Shown: one piece after another, positions 37,378 to 48,330 of the stretch
How positions within the stretch are numbered: the first letter of the stretch is position 1
Layout: every line of letters begins with the position of its first letter
IMG/VR virus record: IMGVR_UViG_3300021420_000025
DNA length: 64,000 nucleotides
DNA from: an uncultured virus (IMG/VR IMGVR_UViG_3300021420_000025)
Lineage: Duplodnaviria; Heunggongvirae; Uroviricota; Caudoviricetes
Strand: one strand, 5' to 3'
The notes under the pieces: model-generated
What the model was told of the DNA's origin: nothing
What the model saw: the letters and a program-made list of their open reading frames with translations, nothing else
The model's database searches: none
Translations under genes and position numbers: made by a program

Positions 37378-38510
37378 CGAGGCAACCTCTTTTCCAAAAT
37401 GCGTTCAAGCCGCTCGGCCAGGACGGGCCACCCATAGGCCGCCCCCGCGAACGCCGCGCCTTTCCTACGCCAGCCTTCGGCCCAAGGCTTGTCGGTCAAG
37501 GCCCGCACGACAAGATTTCGCCATTCCGGCATGTGCTTTCGCGCGGGCGCCGGCACCATCGGGCAAGCCGTCTCGTAAATTGATCCGAGCGCGTCCATCG
37601 CCGAGATGATGGGCAGAGCGCCCGACGCGCACCCCTCGAGCGTCGCGCACGAAAACCCCTCCGTCCACGCGATCGTGTCGCACGGGTAGGCCAACACTTC
37701 GGCCTGCCGCATCTCGTCGGCGAGCTGCCGGCGGCTGACCGGCCCGACGACCTCAATGCCCTGATCTTTCAGCACGTGCAACGCACGGTCGATGTACTTC
37801 GCCCGGCGGAAGTTCTCCTTGAAGTGCCAATGCCACGCGGGGTTTTCGATCGTGTGCGTCTTCCAGCGATCGATCCAGCTTTGGAGGCTGTAATAGAAAA
37901 TCTTCAAATGGGCTTGCGGGCAAGCCTTGCGGATCTCCAACCATTCTTGCAAAAGCAGATGCAGGCCGCGATCGGGGCTGCTCGCGTAAATCATCCGGCC
38001 GGGCACCCGTACGTCTTCGGGCCGCATCGCGAGCTCTGCGGGGTAGCAGCCGTTGGGCAGCATCTCCCATTTGCCCTTCGTCGTCGGCCAACTCTCCTCC
38101 ATGAACTGCTGGTGGACAAAGGAGGGGCTCACGAAAAGATCGACGAAATCCGCGAAGTCCTTGCCGTTCGCGTAGTTGAAATCATTGAGCTGCTGGAACA
38201 CCACGCGATAGGCAGAGGTGGGCGATACCCATCGGGCGACGTTGATGTCGAGCGACGTGCAAATCGCCTGGTAGAGATCGCGGTCGCCGTGGAGGCCTTG
38301 AAACGGCCGAAGCGCGACGTTCATCCACTCGCCGCGGTTCGGGTCGTCGATGTAGAGGGTCGCCGAATGGCCCCGCGCGGCCATCTCGCGCGCGATGCTG
38401 AGAATTTGCATCTCACTGCCGGTGGTGCCCCGCGGGGACGTGTCGATCGCACCAAAGTCGAGAGGGCGGCCGCCGACGAGCATCGGGGGAAAGACGAACG
38501 CGAGCTTCAC
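37374..38510 (-). CDS. GT-B (family 4-like) glycosyltransferase
   Basis: GSEMQ; YASSPDRGLHLL; LAYPC...EGFSCATLEG; GTG start at 38510. Confidence 0.88.
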   Translation of the reverse strand: MKLAFVFPPMLVGGRPLDFGAIDTSPRGTTGSEMQILSIAREMAARGHSATLYIDDPNRGEWMNVALRPFQGLHGDRDLYQAICTSLDINVARWVSPTSAYRVVFQQLNDFNYANGKDFADFVDLFVSPSFVHQQFMEESWPTTKGKWEMLPNGCYPAELAMRPEDVRVPGRMIYASSPDRGLHLLLQEWLEIRKACPQAHLKIFYYSLQSWIDRWKTHTIENPAWHWHFKENFRRAKYIDRALHVLKDQGIEVVGPVSRRQLADEMRQAEVLAYPCDTIAWTEGFSCATLEGCASGALPIISAMDALGSIYETACPMVPAPARKHMPEWRNLVVRALTDKPWAEGWRRKGAAFAGAAYGWPVLAERLERILEKRLPR

Positions 38511-38691
38511 TTCGCGGCCTCGAACGTGAGACGAGCCCATCGGAGAGGAGTTTGCATTCGCACGAGCTTCTCCAAGACGAGCCAATCGCTCTCCTCGAGC
38601 GCGATCACCCGATCGGGCCCCACGCGGATGACGTTGCCCTGAAACAATTCCCCAGAGCGGATGCGGCGTTGAATCTCGAGCCGGTCGTCGA

Positions 38692-41106
38692 TCATGGCAA
38701 GACTCCTTCGAAGGCCTCCAACGTGACCGGCACGACCTTGGCCGCCAGCTTCTCTTTGAACAAGACCACCCACTCGTCGGTGAGCGTATCGAGGCTGAAA
38801 AGCATGCCGGCCGCGATGGACTGCTCGTGCCGCAACTCGCCGCTGTAGGCAACATCGCCCGTCGCGAGCGCCGCCAACGCCGTCGCCAAGAAGTCGTCGG
38901 GCTTTCCGACTTTGGCGCCCATGACAACCGTCTCTGCGAGTGCCGCAAAGTCGCTGCTCACAACGACGAGCCCGGCGAGCTGGGCCTCCATCGCCGCGAC
39001 GCAGGAGACTTCGGGGAAGGTCCAATTGGGATAAAACCAACACCCCGCGGCGGTCATGGCGTTCGCGAGCTCTTGCGGCCGCACGCGCCCCTTGTAGACG
39101 ACCCCTTCTTCGCTTAGCGCGAGCATCTTCGCTTCAATGCGCGCGGCCGCGTCTTGGTTGTGCCCCATCTTTTTCCACGTCTCGAACCCGTAAAAGATTT
39201 GCAGCGACGCGTCGGGGACTTCTTTTCGTACCAGAGGCCACAAATCGAGGAGCATTTCCAAGCCGCGGTCGGGGCTCGAATTGTAAATCACGGCATGGGG
39301 ATCTCTCGCCGACGCGCGAGCGAAGCGGTCCGGGTTGGCGATCCCGTTGCGCGTCTTGAGGATCTTCTCCAACGGAATCCCTTGATTGGCCGCAACGTAC
39401 TGCCGGTGCCATTCGCTCACGCAAAGTACAAAATCGGCGCGCCCTATCTCCTCAAGGCTCGCGGGTTGCCCGGGCGTCCCCCACGCCACGATGTCATGGA
39501 GCCATAGCAACTTCAGATGCGCCTCAAAACGCGTCAAGTAGCCCGTGGTCCGCCACGCGATGAGAACGTCGCATTCTCGCGCAGACCCCTCGAGCTTCTC
39601 CATTTCCTCGAAGCGGATGTATTCGACGCCCGCATGCAAACCCGCCCGCACGCACGGGTTGTAGACGCGCACGCGATGCCCTCGGGCCGCCAGGCGTTTG
39701 CCCATTTCTACGACCGCGACCTCGGAGCCGCCGCCGAAGCCCTTCTTTTCAATTTCCTCCGGATCCCAAGGCACCCACCCGTCGCCGCACGCAAAGACGA
39801 TATCGAACTTCTCGGGCAGGGCGTTGAGCTGCCTGATTTTAGGAGAGACCGGAATATGGGGTCGGAACTCCACCGTGAAGTGCTCGCTGATGTCGTGCGC
39901 GATGAGCGCAAAGGCCTCCTCGATGATCGCGTCGACCGCCCGCTCTTTTCCTTTGGAGTCCAACAAGCGGCGCGCGGCATTGCGCAGCTCCGACCGGGCG
40001 ACGGCTGCCCCGAGGAGCAATTGGTTGAAGACGAGAGCCCCGTCGTCGGGCACCGCCTTCAAACCCTCGTTCGCCATTGCGAGCGCCTTCTCCGGTTGCC
40101 AAAGCTGATCGTACGCGCGCGAGAGCCACACGAAGATCTCGTGCGCGCGGAGCATCGGTTGAGAGGGCTGAAATGAAATCGTAGGAGGCTGCTTCAACGC
40201 GAGCTCGCCGAAATGGACGCACCGCTCCCAGTCCCTTCGGTCGTTCGACCCCTCCGCCCGGCGGTAGTAGCAGCGGCAGAGCGCAAAGTAGCTCTCGAAC
40301 CATTTCTCTTTGGCCTCGACGGCCTTCCACGCCCACTTGATCGCGTCGTCAATCTTGCCTAGCGCCAACGTCAAATTGGAGAGCACCAAGAACGCATTGT
40401 GGAGCTCGTCCTCGTAGGTGCTCATCCCGACGAACTTCTCGAGCCACAAGACCCCCTCTTCGCGCAGCCCCCCGTCGGCGCACGCGACGCCGAGGTAGTA
40501 GACGTTGCGCGCGGTCGGCCGCTTCTCGACGACCTTGCGGAGAATCGCGATGTTGCGCCCGTGCGCGGCCGCGACCTGCGCGATGTCCTTGTGGTGCTTC
40601 CATTGAATCGCGCTCCGGGCGTGGCGATTGCCGATCGGCAGCACAGCCTCGTGGACGGGCTCTTCCCAAAACCATCCGCCGGTGTTGGGCATCAGCCGCT
40701 CGCGGTCGAGCCGGCACGTGCAGTTGCCGCGTCGATCGAACGCGTAGAGGTACGGAAACATCAACTGCGCTTGGGGGTTATTTTGGCTTTCGAGGAACTC
40801 CACCTCGCTCGCGAGGTTCTCGATCCCCAACACCTCGTCGTCGGCGTCCATCCACATCACGTGCTTGCACTTCGCGAGGGCGAACGACCGATTGCGCGCG
40901 AGCGAGAAGTCGAAGCAGTCGAGCTCCGGGTTGATGCCCGAGAACTCCTCGAGCGTGTCGATCAGGGCGACTTCCGATGCCTTGAGGCTCCCGCCCGTCA
41001 GGACGACCACGATTTGCTTCACGAAGGGGCGAACCAACGATAAGGCCGTTTCGAGATAGGGTTCGTCTTTCGTGATCACGCAAAGCGAGACGTCCGAGAC
41101 CGCCAT
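38692..41106 (-). CDS. Bifunctional GT2-TPR-GT4 glycosyltransferase
   Basis: SLCVITKDE; DFSLARN; WMDADD; VHE (GT-A); TPR-like helices; GGSEVAV and YNSSPDRGL...EVSCVAAMEA (GT-B). Confidence 0.9.
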   Translation of the reverse strand: MAVSDVSLCVITKDEPYLETALSLVRPFVKQIVVVLTGGSLKASEVALIDTLEEFSGINPELDCFDFSLARNRSFALAKCKHVMWMDADDEVLGIENLASEVEFLESQNNPQAQLMFPYLYAFDRRGNCTCRLDRERLMPNTGGWFWEEPVHEAVLPIGNRHARSAIQWKHHKDIAQVAAAHGRNIAILRKVVEKRPTARNVYYLGVACADGGLREEGVLWLEKFVGMSTYEDELHNAFLVLSNLTLALGKIDDAIKWAWKAVEAKEKWFESYFALCRCYYRRAEGSNDRRDWERCVHFGELALKQPPTISFQPSQPMLRAHEIFVWLSRAYDQLWQPEKALAMANEGLKAVPDDGALVFNQLLLGAAVARSELRNAARRLLDSKGKERAVDAIIEEAFALIAHDISEHFTVEFRPHIPVSPKIRQLNALPEKFDIVFACGDGWVPWDPEEIEKKGFGGGSEVAVVEMGKRLAARGHRVRVYNPCVRAGLHAGVEYIRFEEMEKLEGSARECDVLIAWRTTGYLTRFEAHLKLLWLHDIVAWGTPGQPASLEEIGRADFVLCVSEWHRQYVAANQGIPLEKILKTRNGIANPDRFARASARDPHAVIYNSSPDRGLEMLLDLWPLVRKEVPDASLQIFYGFETWKKMGHNQDAAARIEAKMLALSEEGVVYKGRVRPQELANAMTAAGCWFYPNWTFPEVSCVAAMEAQLAGLVVVSSDFAALAETVVMGAKVGKPDDFLATALAALATGDVAYSGELRHEQSIAAGMLFSLDTLTDEWVVLFKEKLAAKVVPVTLEAFEGVLP

Positions 41107-41162
41107 GGGCCTTACGTAGTACTAACCTTCGCGCGACGACGCAAGAGCTCGTCTTATTGCGA

Positions 41163-42434
41163 CTAATTCCACCAGAAGATCGTGCAGCGTCCCGATCCGC
41201 CCGCGGCGCCTTGCCCCGGTGTGCCGCTCCCGACCCCTGCGCCGGCCGCGCCGCCTCCCCCGCCTCCTGCGCCCGTGTTCGCGGCCGCCGCGCTGCCCGG
41301 AGCGCCGTTGCCGCCCGTGCTGCCGACGCTGCCGGTTCCGCCTGCACCGCCCGCGCCCCCGACGCCCGCGGGACCACCTCCACCGCCACCGCCTCCGCCT
41401 CCGGCATTGACGGACGAACCGCCCCCCGCCGCCCCGGCGTTGCCGCCAAAGTTGCCCGTCGCCCCGTTGCCGAAGCACGGCCCGTTGTCCATGCCCGCGC
41501 TCGCCGCAAAGATGCTCCCGAGGCCGTTGCCGCCCGTGCCGCCCTCGCCGGGGGCCACAGGGTAGATCGCGCCTGAACCCGCGACCGCACTGCGTGATTG
41601 CGTCGCGCCTTGCATCGTCGTCGGCGCGCCGCCGTACGCCGCGGCGATGTTCGTCCCTGCAATGCCTGTCCCGCCCTGCGCGCCGGGGAAAGCCGCAATC
41701 GCGAAGGGGCCGATTTGCAACACGGTTGGTTGCCCTGGGCTCCCGTTCGGGTTGTTCAACTGGGTCGACGCGGGGCCGCCCGCGCCCCCTGCCCCGATCG
41801 TGACGGTGACGCTCTGGCCCGGTGTCACGCCCACCGCGGGGACAAATCCCGCGATGGAGCCGCCGCCGCCACCGCCTCCCGAAAAGACGCCGGGGCTCGC
41901 GCCGACCGCGCCGCCTCCCCCTCCACCGCCGCCTCCAAACCCCTCAATCAACAGATTGACCACATTCGGGGGAACCACGAACGTGTCATTCGCGAAATAG
42001 GAAGTCGCGTGCGCAAACGTGGAATTGATTTGGGGGCCCGTCGCACCGATCGCCCCCGTCGCGCCGACCGGTCCTGTGGGGCCGACGGGGCCCGTCGCTC
42101 CCACGGCTCCGGTGGGCCCAATCGGACCGCCCGAAGGGCCGGTGGGCCCCTGCGGTCCGGTCACGCCTTGCGCGCCTCCACTGGGCCCTGTTGGTCCGAG
42201 CGGGCCCGTAAACGCAGGGCCCGTCACGCCCGTAGGACCCGTCGCTCCGGTGGGGCCCGTGCTCCCCCGCGGTCCCGTAAAGGCGGGCCCTGTGACTCCC
42301 GGGCCCGTGGCGCCCGAAGGCCCCGTCGCGCCTGTAGGGCCCGTGGCACCGACGGTCCCGGTCGTTCCACCCCCCGTTTGCGAGGCCTGACGCTCGATGA
42401 TCGCTTCGTGCCGGCCGTCGCGGGGCTGTTGCAT
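41163..42434 (-). CDS. Collagen-like protein with C-terminal glycine-rich domain
   Basis: G-X-Y repeats, then TFVVPPNV...GGGGGG...[18 protein letters not shown] (glycine-rich fibre-tip domain). Confidence 0.88.
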   Translation of the reverse strand: MQQPRDGRHEAIIERQASQTGGGTTGTVGATGPTGATGPSGATGPGVTGPAFTGPRGSTGPTGATGPTGVTGPAFTGPLGPTGPSGGAQGVTGPQGPTGPSGGPIGPTGAVGATGPVGPTGPVGATGAIGATGPQINSTFAHATSYFANDTFVVPPNVVNLLIEGFGGGGGGGGGAVGASPGVFSGGGGGGGSIAGFVPAVGVTPGQSVTVTIGAGGAGGPASTQLNNPNGSPGQPTVLQIGPFAIAAFPGAQGGTGIAGTNIAAAYGGAPTTMQGATQSRSAVAGSGAIYPVAPGEGGTGGNGLGSIFAASAGMDNGPCFGNGATGNFGGNAGAAGGGSSVNAGGGGGGGGGGPAGVGGAGGAGGTGSVGSTGGNGAPGSAAAANTGAGGGGGGAAGAGVGSGTPGQGAAGGSGRCTIFWWN

Positions 42435-42503
42435 GGGGTGGGGCGAATGCTACCCGGCCCCGCCGGGGCAGTCTACACCCATCCCTTGACAGCGTAAAAC
42501 CCG

Positions 42504-44654
42504 CTAGCCGAAGTTGTTTCCGTACGATCCATAGTAGTTCGTCGTGTTCCAATAGAAGCTCAGGATGTCCTCGAATGCCGCGGTGGCGGAAGGCGCGGGC
42601 GGCGTGCGCGCGTTCCACTTCACGCCGAAGGCGCCCGTCGGCCAGATCCACGCGTAGGGGCCTGAGGGTCCAACGACGGATCGCAAAAGGAAATTCCCAA
42701 CCCCCAAAGGCGCGGGGTTGAACACGAAGGCGACCGTCACGGAGCTCAGCGTGATCGCCTGCTTCTGCGCGGCGGTCCAATCAATAACGCCCGTGGCGCC
42801 GCTGTTGCCATTTTGAAATTCGGCATGGAACGTAATCGTTTTGGCATCGACGAGCGCGTGGTTCGCCGCGGTGATGAGGCTCGTCCAGGGGCTCTGCGCG
42901 ACGCCTGGCCCGGTCGCGCCGAGAGGACCCGTCGGACCGGCCGGCCCGGTCACCGCAGGACCCGTTGCTCCGGCGGGCCCCGTCGCGCCAATGGGGCCTG
43001 TGTACGCGGGACCTGTCGCGCCGGTCGGCCCTGTGATGGAGGGGCCCGTAGCCCCGGCGGGGCCGGTGGCTCCAACGGGCCCCGTGTACGCCGGACCGGT
43101 CGCGCCCACCGGACCTGTATTGCCTGTCGGGCCCGTGTTGCCGGTTGTCCCGGTCGCGCCTTTCGGCCCCGTCGCTCCAATCGGGCCTGTGTATGCCGGA
43201 CCCGTAGGGCCGATCGGCCCAGTGACGCTCGGGCCCGTCGCGCCGGCCGGGCCGGTCGCCCCCGTCGGACCTGTATAGGCGGGTCCGGTCGCCCCCGAAG
43301 GGCCGGTCGCACCGATGGGCCCCGTATACGCGGGACCGGTGGGGCCCTGCGCGCCCGTCACGGAAGACCCCGTCGCTCCGGCCGGACCCGTGGCGCCAAT
43401 TGCGCCAGTGGGGCCTTGGGCGCCCGTGACCGACGGACCGGTTGCGCCCGCGGGCCCGGTCGGGCCAACAACGAAAGGACCCGTGGCACCCTGGGGTCCT
43501 TGGGGTCCAATGGGTCCAGTCGCGCCGGTCGGTCCTGTCGTTCCCGCACCCGTGGCGCCTGCCGGCCCCGTGGGCCCTGCGGGGCCGGTACTTCCCGTGA
43601 TGCCGATGGGCCCTTGAGGGCCGGTCGTGCCGAGCGGCCCCGTAGCGCCAAGAGGGCCCGTGGCGCCAATTGGACCTGTGTTCCCCGTCGGCCCGGTATT
43701 TCCGGTGGGCCCCGTGTTGCCCGTGGGCCCCGTGGCTCCGGTGGGCCCCGTGTACCCCGGACCTGTGGCGCCGGCGGGCCCCGTCACGCTAGGTCCCGTC
43801 GCTCCTGCAGGTCCGGTCGGTCCGGGCGCGCCGGCGGGCCCCGTGGCGCCCACGGCGCCGGTAATGCTTGGGCCGGTCACTCCGGCAGGCCCGGTCGCGC
43901 CCGAGGGGCCCGTGGCGCCGATCGCACCTGTCGTCCCGGCCGCGCCGGTGGGCCCGGGAGCTCCGGCAGGACCGGTGATCGAAGGACCCGTCGCTCCCGC
44001 CGGACCCGTTGCTCCTGCGGCTCCCGTACCCCCGGACGGCCCTGTGGCGCCCGCCGGACCGGTGTTACCAATGGACCCTGTCGTTCCTGCGGGACCTGTC
44101 GCTCCCGCGGGCCCGGTCGCCCCGGGAGCCCCCGTCGCGCCGGGAATGCCCGTGGCGCCTCCTAGCGGGCCTGTTGTTCCTTGCGGTCCTGTGGCTCCTG
44201 CCGGCCCAGTGCTTCCTGTGGCTCCGGTGGGGCCCGCTGGCCCGGTTGACCCCACGCCCGTCGCCCCGGCCGGCCCTGTCGGCCCGACGACGAAGGGGCC
44301 CGTCGGACCGGCCGGTCCTTGTGGGCCAATCGGACCCGTCGGACCAGCAGAACCCGTAACGGACGGACCGGTCACCCCGAAGGGGCCCGTCGGGCCGATC
44401 GGGCCCGTCGCGCCGGTCAATCCCGTGTTTCCGGCCGGCCCGGTGGCCCCAACGGGTCCTGTGACGCCGGGCGCCCCCGCGGCCCCGGCCGCGCCGGTCG
44501 GGCCGGCCGGGCCGGTCGGTCCTCCCGCGGGCCCCGCCGGACCGGTCGCGCCTCTTGGGCCTGTGGCCCCGCCGCCACCCCCTTGGCCACGGAGGACGAA
44601 GACGAGTTGGCCTAAGTCTCCGACGCGCGCGAGGTTATCGGACGGTTGATCCAT
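42504..44654 (-). CDS. Long collagen-like fibre protein with C-terminal globular domain
   Basis: ~560 aa of GPT/GAT repeats; C-terminal IDW...Q.ITL...WP..VKW...DILSFYW fibre-tip-like domain. Confidence 0.92.
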   Translation of the reverse strand: MDQPSDNLARVGDLGQLVFVLRGQGGGGGATGPRGATGPAGPAGGPTGPAGPTGAAGAAGAPGVTGPVGATGPAGNTGLTGATGPIGPTGPFGVTGPSVTGSAGPTGPIGPQGPAGPTGPFVVGPTGPAGATGVGSTGPAGPTGATGSTGPAGATGPQGTTGPLGGATGIPGATGAPGATGPAGATGPAGTTGSIGNTGPAGATGPSGGTGAAGATGPAGATGPSITGPAGAPGPTGAAGTTGAIGATGPSGATGPAGVTGPSITGAVGATGPAGAPGPTGPAGATGPSVTGPAGATGPGYTGPTGATGPTGNTGPTGNTGPTGNTGPIGATGPLGATGPLGTTGPQGPIGITGSTGPAGPTGPAGATGAGTTGPTGATGPIGPQGPQGATGPFVVGPTGPAGATGPSVTGAQGPTGAIGATGPAGATGSSVTGAQGPTGPAYTGPIGATGPSGATGPAYTGPTGATGPAGATGPSVTGPIGPTGPAYTGPIGATGPKGATGTTGNTGPTGNTGPVGATGPAYTGPVGATGPAGATGPSITGPTGATGPAYTGPIGATGPAGATGPAVTGPAGPTGPLGATGPGVAQSPWTSLITAANHALVDAKTITFHAEFQNGNSGATGVIDWTAAQKQAITLSSVTVAFVFNPAPLGVGNFLLRSVVGPSGPYAWIWPTGAFGVKWNARTPPAPSATAAFEDILSFYWNTTNYYGSYGNNFG

Positions 44655-44723
44655 GCGACGCGCTTGCGTCGGATCTTACCCGGGTCTGGGGCAAAACACA
44701 CCCATGTCTCCGCTTGACAGGGA

Positions 44724-46055
44724 TTAGACGCGCGCCATGAGCCACCTCCAAAGGCCCTTCAATGCCGCGGTGCGCGCTTGGCCGAGCGCGAGGCTGTAGG
44801 CGACCGCGCCCATCGCGACGCCCAGCGGCACGGCGAGGGTGGCCGCCGCGACTTGGGCGACCGGCGTGCTCGCCGCGCCACTCCCGATGTTTCTGGCATT
44901 CAAATCGTTCGAGCCGTCGGGGCTATTGATCGGCAATGCGGGGCTGTCGCCCAAGATGCTGGAGTTGCCGTCGACCTCTCCGCCGATGGGGCTCAAAATC
45001 CAAGTGATGGTCGAGGCGTAGACCGCGGTGCTGGCCCCTAAGGGGGCGAGCACGTACTGGCTAGGGGAGATCCCAAAAGGCTCCGCGGTGGTTCCCGGTT
45101 GGAAGAGCACCGCGGGCCCGCCGTGCGAGGCATTCCATGCGGTGACAGTTCCAGCGAGCAAGGAGCGAACGGGCACAAACGGCTGTCCGTTGGCCCAATA
45201 AGTCAAATTCTGGACGAGCAGTGCGTTGAAATACTGTTCGAACGCTGTGGGAGGTGTGCCGCCCGGGACGGGCTGGGGCGTCAAACGCGTGAGCGCCGTC
45301 GCCAACAAGTTGAGATAGGGCGTATTGCGGGTTGCGCTATCGACGTCGGGCGAATAGGTATTGGGGATATTCGGTGGGATGACGCAGGGCAGACCAAAGT
45401 CTTGAACATCCGATGCGATATTGCAGGTCAAGGCGCTAACCGGAAGAAACGACATCCACGCGGGGTCGATCGTGCCGTCCGCGAGGGGCGGAAACGGCAA
45501 CGGATCGACTTGAAGGCGGAGAAGCCCGACGTAAACCCACGTGGGCGGGGGCGTCGTGTAAAGGCCCAACGCCGTGTAGAGCGATTGAAATGCGCCGGCG
45601 ACGAACACCGCCGCCTCGCCCGCGACGGCGAGCATCGCGCCGGCGAGCGGGTTGATCGCGCCCGCGACCGCGGCCAAGCCAAGAATCAACTGTTGGCCCG
45701 TGGGCGTGCCGCCCGACGCGATCGTGCTCGCGAGGTTGAACGCTGGCTGGCCTTGGGCCAAATAGGACTGGCCGGTCGAAAGAGCCGCTTGCACGCTCGT
45801 GGGCAGCCCTTGCAAGATCGTCGTCGAGGTCTGATCGAGAACGTTCGAGATGATGGGCGTGACCGTCCCGAGGGCCTGATTCTGCACGTTCTGAATTTGG
45901 CCCTGCACTTGCGCCTGCGTGGCTTGCACCTGCGCTTGCGCTTGGGCCGCTTGGTCTTGCGCCTGTTGCTGCGCGGCTTGGGCTTGCGCCTGCGCTTGGG
46001 CGGCTTGCGTCGCGGGGTCCACCCCAAAGCCGACGCGACGCGGGGGCAACCTCAT
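44724..46055 (-). CDS. Putative virion membrane protein (Q/A-rich coiled-coil N-terminus, TMs)
   Basis: RRVGFG N-terminus; QA repeats; internal and C-terminal hydrophobic helices. Confidence 0.65.
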   Translation of the reverse strand: MRLPPRRVGFGVDPATQAAQAQAQAQAAQQQAQDQAAQAQAQVQATQAQVQGQIQNVQNQALGTVTPIISNVLDQTSTTILQGLPTSVQAALSTGQSYLAQGQPAFNLASTIASGGTPTGQQLILGLAAVAGAINPLAGAMLAVAGEAAVFVAGAFQSLYTALGLYTTPPPTWVYVGLLRLQVDPLPFPPLADGTIDPAWMSFLPVSALTCNIASDVQDFGLPCVIPPNIPNTYSPDVDSATRNTPYLNLLATALTRLTPQPVPGGTPPTAFEQYFNALLVQNLTYWANGQPFVPVRSLLAGTVTAWNASHGGPAVLFQPGTTAEPFGISPSQYVLAPLGASTAVYASTITWILSPIGGEVDGNSSILGDSPALPINSPDGSNDLNARNIGSGAASTPVAQVAAATLAVPLGVAMGAVAYSLALGQARTAALKGLWRWLMARV

Positions 46056-46086
46056 GCTCTTGGGAGCAGTTTAGCCCCCAAACGCG

Positions 46087-46491
46087 TCAAACGTCGACCA
46101 AACCTCGGGCGCGCAAATGGTCGAAGAGCCCGACGTAAAAGTACGCGAAGGGCGAACACAGCAACAAATTGTGGGCCGCAAGCAAGATTGCAGGCGCTCC
46201 GGGCTCCGTTTTAGGCGCGATGACGCGCGAGGCGCCCCGACGGATGGAGACGAGATAGACAAACACACGGCGGCCACTTTCGGACGGCCCGTCGTACACG
46301 AACGTGCGCTCTTCGGTCTCCCACCCGGTCTCTTCGTAGAGCTCGCGGGCTTGTGCGTCCTCGGGCGTCTCGCCCTCTTCGACCTTGCCGCCGGGCAGGA
46401 CCCACCCTTGGTACTTTTTGTGCCACACGCAAAGCCACATTCGATTCGCGGTGGGGACGAGGGAGAGCGCCGATTTCATCGTGTCGCTCAT
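46087..46491 (-). CDS. NUDIX hydrolase
   Basis: Nudix box GGKVEEGETPEDAQARELYEETG. Confidence 0.92.
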   Translation of the reverse strand: MSDTMKSALSLVPTANRMWLCVWHKKYQGWVLPGGKVEEGETPEDAQARELYEETGWETEERTFVYDGPSESGRRVFVYLVSIRRGASRVIAPKTEPGAPAILLAAHNLLLCSPFAYFYVGLFDHLRARGLVDV

Positions 46492-46727
46492 TCCGCGGCC
46501 TGCTTCGATCGGGATTTGCCCCGCGCTTTGCCGCCCTTGCGCCCGATTTCCACCATATGCTCGCGGCTGTGGGTCTTGCCGCCCTTGCGGCCGGCGACCT
46601 TGGCTTCCTCTTCGGTGAATTCGTGCGCGACCCCCGACGCGTGCGCGGTCTTGCCGCCCTTGGAGGCGATCTTCTTTTGGGCTTCGGGGTCCATCGCCGC
46701 AAAGCCGCGGGGTCTCTTGGGAGGCAT
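46488..46727 (-). CDS. KGG-repeat general stress protein (YciG/GsiB/Con-10-like)
   Basis: RGFAAMDPEAQKKIASKGG...AHEFTEEEAKVAGRKGG...HMVEIGRKGG; AAGGAG RBS. Confidence 0.88.
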   Translation of the reverse strand: MPPKRPRGFAAMDPEAQKKIASKGGKTAHASGVAHEFTEEEAKVAGRKGGKTHSREHMVEIGRKGGKARGKSRSKQAAE

Positions 46728-46743
46728 CCGCATCTCCTTCGAC

Positions 46744-48330
46744 TTAGGCTGTGGGGCCGCGATAACGCGGGGGTGGCCCGGGGATCGGCGCTTGTTGCGC
46801 CAGGGGGGCCAACGCGGCGTGGGCGGCCGCGCCATTGGTTAACGATTGTGTGCCGGTCCCCGTGACGCCCTGGGCGACGACGCGCGCCGCGGCTTGGGCA
46901 GGGGCTCCGGTCAGCCGCGCGATCAGGGCCGAGAAAGCGTCCGACGTGAAGACACTGCTTAGGCGCGAGAGACCTTCCATGGCGATGTGCGGATTGGCCA
47001 TCAGGAAACTCTGAATCGTCTCGACGATGCCGTCGGCCTTCGTGGGGAACATCACGGGTTGGCCAAGAAAGCGGGTGACGGGGACCTCCTGAAGCCCGAG
47101 GGGGTTCGTGTCGATCGCCTTGGCGGCAGGCGCCTCCTCTTCGCCCTCTTCCCCCGGTTCGGGCATTTGAATTCCGACGAGTTTGGCGAGTCGCGGCTTG
47201 AGCAGCTCCAACCCCTCGAGCCCTTTGATCAAGCCGTTGAGGCCCGCGAGCGGATCGGTCACGCCCGTCGCGACGGCGACCGCGGGGGGCGGCACCGCGG
47301 CGGGTGGGGGCGCCGCGACGCCGACGGCGTCGGCCCGAACGTACCCCAACCGTTCGGCCATCATGCGGAAGCGGCCCTCTTCGATCCATTGCCGCTCTTG
47401 ATCGCTCACTTGAGGGACCGGAGCGGGCGGAGGCGCTTGAACCGTTGCAGGACTGACTTGCGCGAGAGCTTGCGCGAGCATCAGCCGCATCTCTTCGGTC
47501 GTGTCGCGGCTGCCGATGATGCGCGCCATGTCGCGCCGGAGCTCGGCGAGTTGGGGGTCACCCCCTTGCATGGTCTGCATCGAGGGCGGGGGAGCCTGCG
47601 ACAAGGGCGGTTGGGCATACTGCGGCATCCCCGCAAATCCGCGCGACGGCGCCGCCGAAGCCGTTCCCCGGCGCGTGTTCAAATATTCCGCCGCCCGCCG
47701 TTGCTGCTGCTCGATCGTCTCCGGGTCGTCGAACACGACGTCGCCGCGGCAGATCGTGCTGCCGCCGTTTCGGTTCCGCGGCGGCACTTTGTAGTTGAAC
47801 TCGCAGTCGTACTTCGCGGCGCCGCGCCGGCCGGACCCGAGATGATAGAGCTGCAGGATCGCGTTGCTCAAGTCATCGCCCGGCGAGAGCTGCTCGTTGC
47901 CGGCGACGGTCGACCCGTCGATCGGCGGGTGCATTTGGGTCGGGACGCCGGGACCCGCGCCGAAGCCGCCGAGTTGGATGCGGCTCACGCGGATGACCGC
48001 GGCGTCGGGCCCGAGCCCTTGATCGGCGAGCCACGCGAGCACGACGGGCCACCGTTCGAGCGCGCTCTTGGATTGCACGTCGGTGGGGTTCATCGCCCGA
48101 TCGATCTTCTTGTGGGATACCGGTGCGGGCGGTGCTTCCGCTGCTTCCGCCGCTTTGGGCGCGTTGGTCGAACCCGGTGGACGGCCGATGGGGCGACGGA
48201 CCTCTTGCGCCAAAGGCATCTTGCCCTTGCGGTCTTTGCCCTTCTTCGGCCGTTGGACGACGCCCACCAACTCGGTCGGGCCGTCGGCCGGCGGCTCGCC
48301 GATCGCGCTTTCGACGTCGATGTCGCTCAT
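46744..48330 (-). CDS. Large Pro/Ala-rich hypothetical protein
   Basis: ATG 48330 coupled to the upstream stop; long ORF with mixed globular and low-complexity parts. Confidence 0.65.
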   Translation of the reverse strand: MSDIDVESAIGEPPADGPTELVGVVQRPKKGKDRKGKMPLAQEVRRPIGRPPGSTNAPKAAEAAEAPPAPVSHKKIDRAMNPTDVQSKSALERWPVVLAWLADQGLGPDAAVIRVSRIQLGGFGAGPGVPTQMHPPIDGSTVAGNEQLSPGDDLSNAILQLYHLGSGRRGAAKYDCEFNYKVPPRNRNGGSTICRGDVVFDDPETIEQQQRRAAEYLNTRRGTASAAPSRGFAGMPQYAQPPLSQAPPPSMQTMQGGDPQLAELRRDMARIIGSRDTTEEMRLMLAQALAQVSPATVQAPPPAPVPQVSDQERQWIEEGRFRMMAERLGYVRADAVGVAAPPPAAVPPPAVAVATGVTDPLAGLNGLIKGLEGLELLKPRLAKLVGIQMPEPGEEGEEEAPAAKAIDTNPLGLQEVPVTRFLGQPVMFPTKADGIVETIQSFLMANPHIAMEGLSRLSSVFTSDAFSALIARLTGAPAQAAARVVAQGVTGTGTQSLTNGAAAHAALAPLAQQAPIPGPPPRYRGPTA

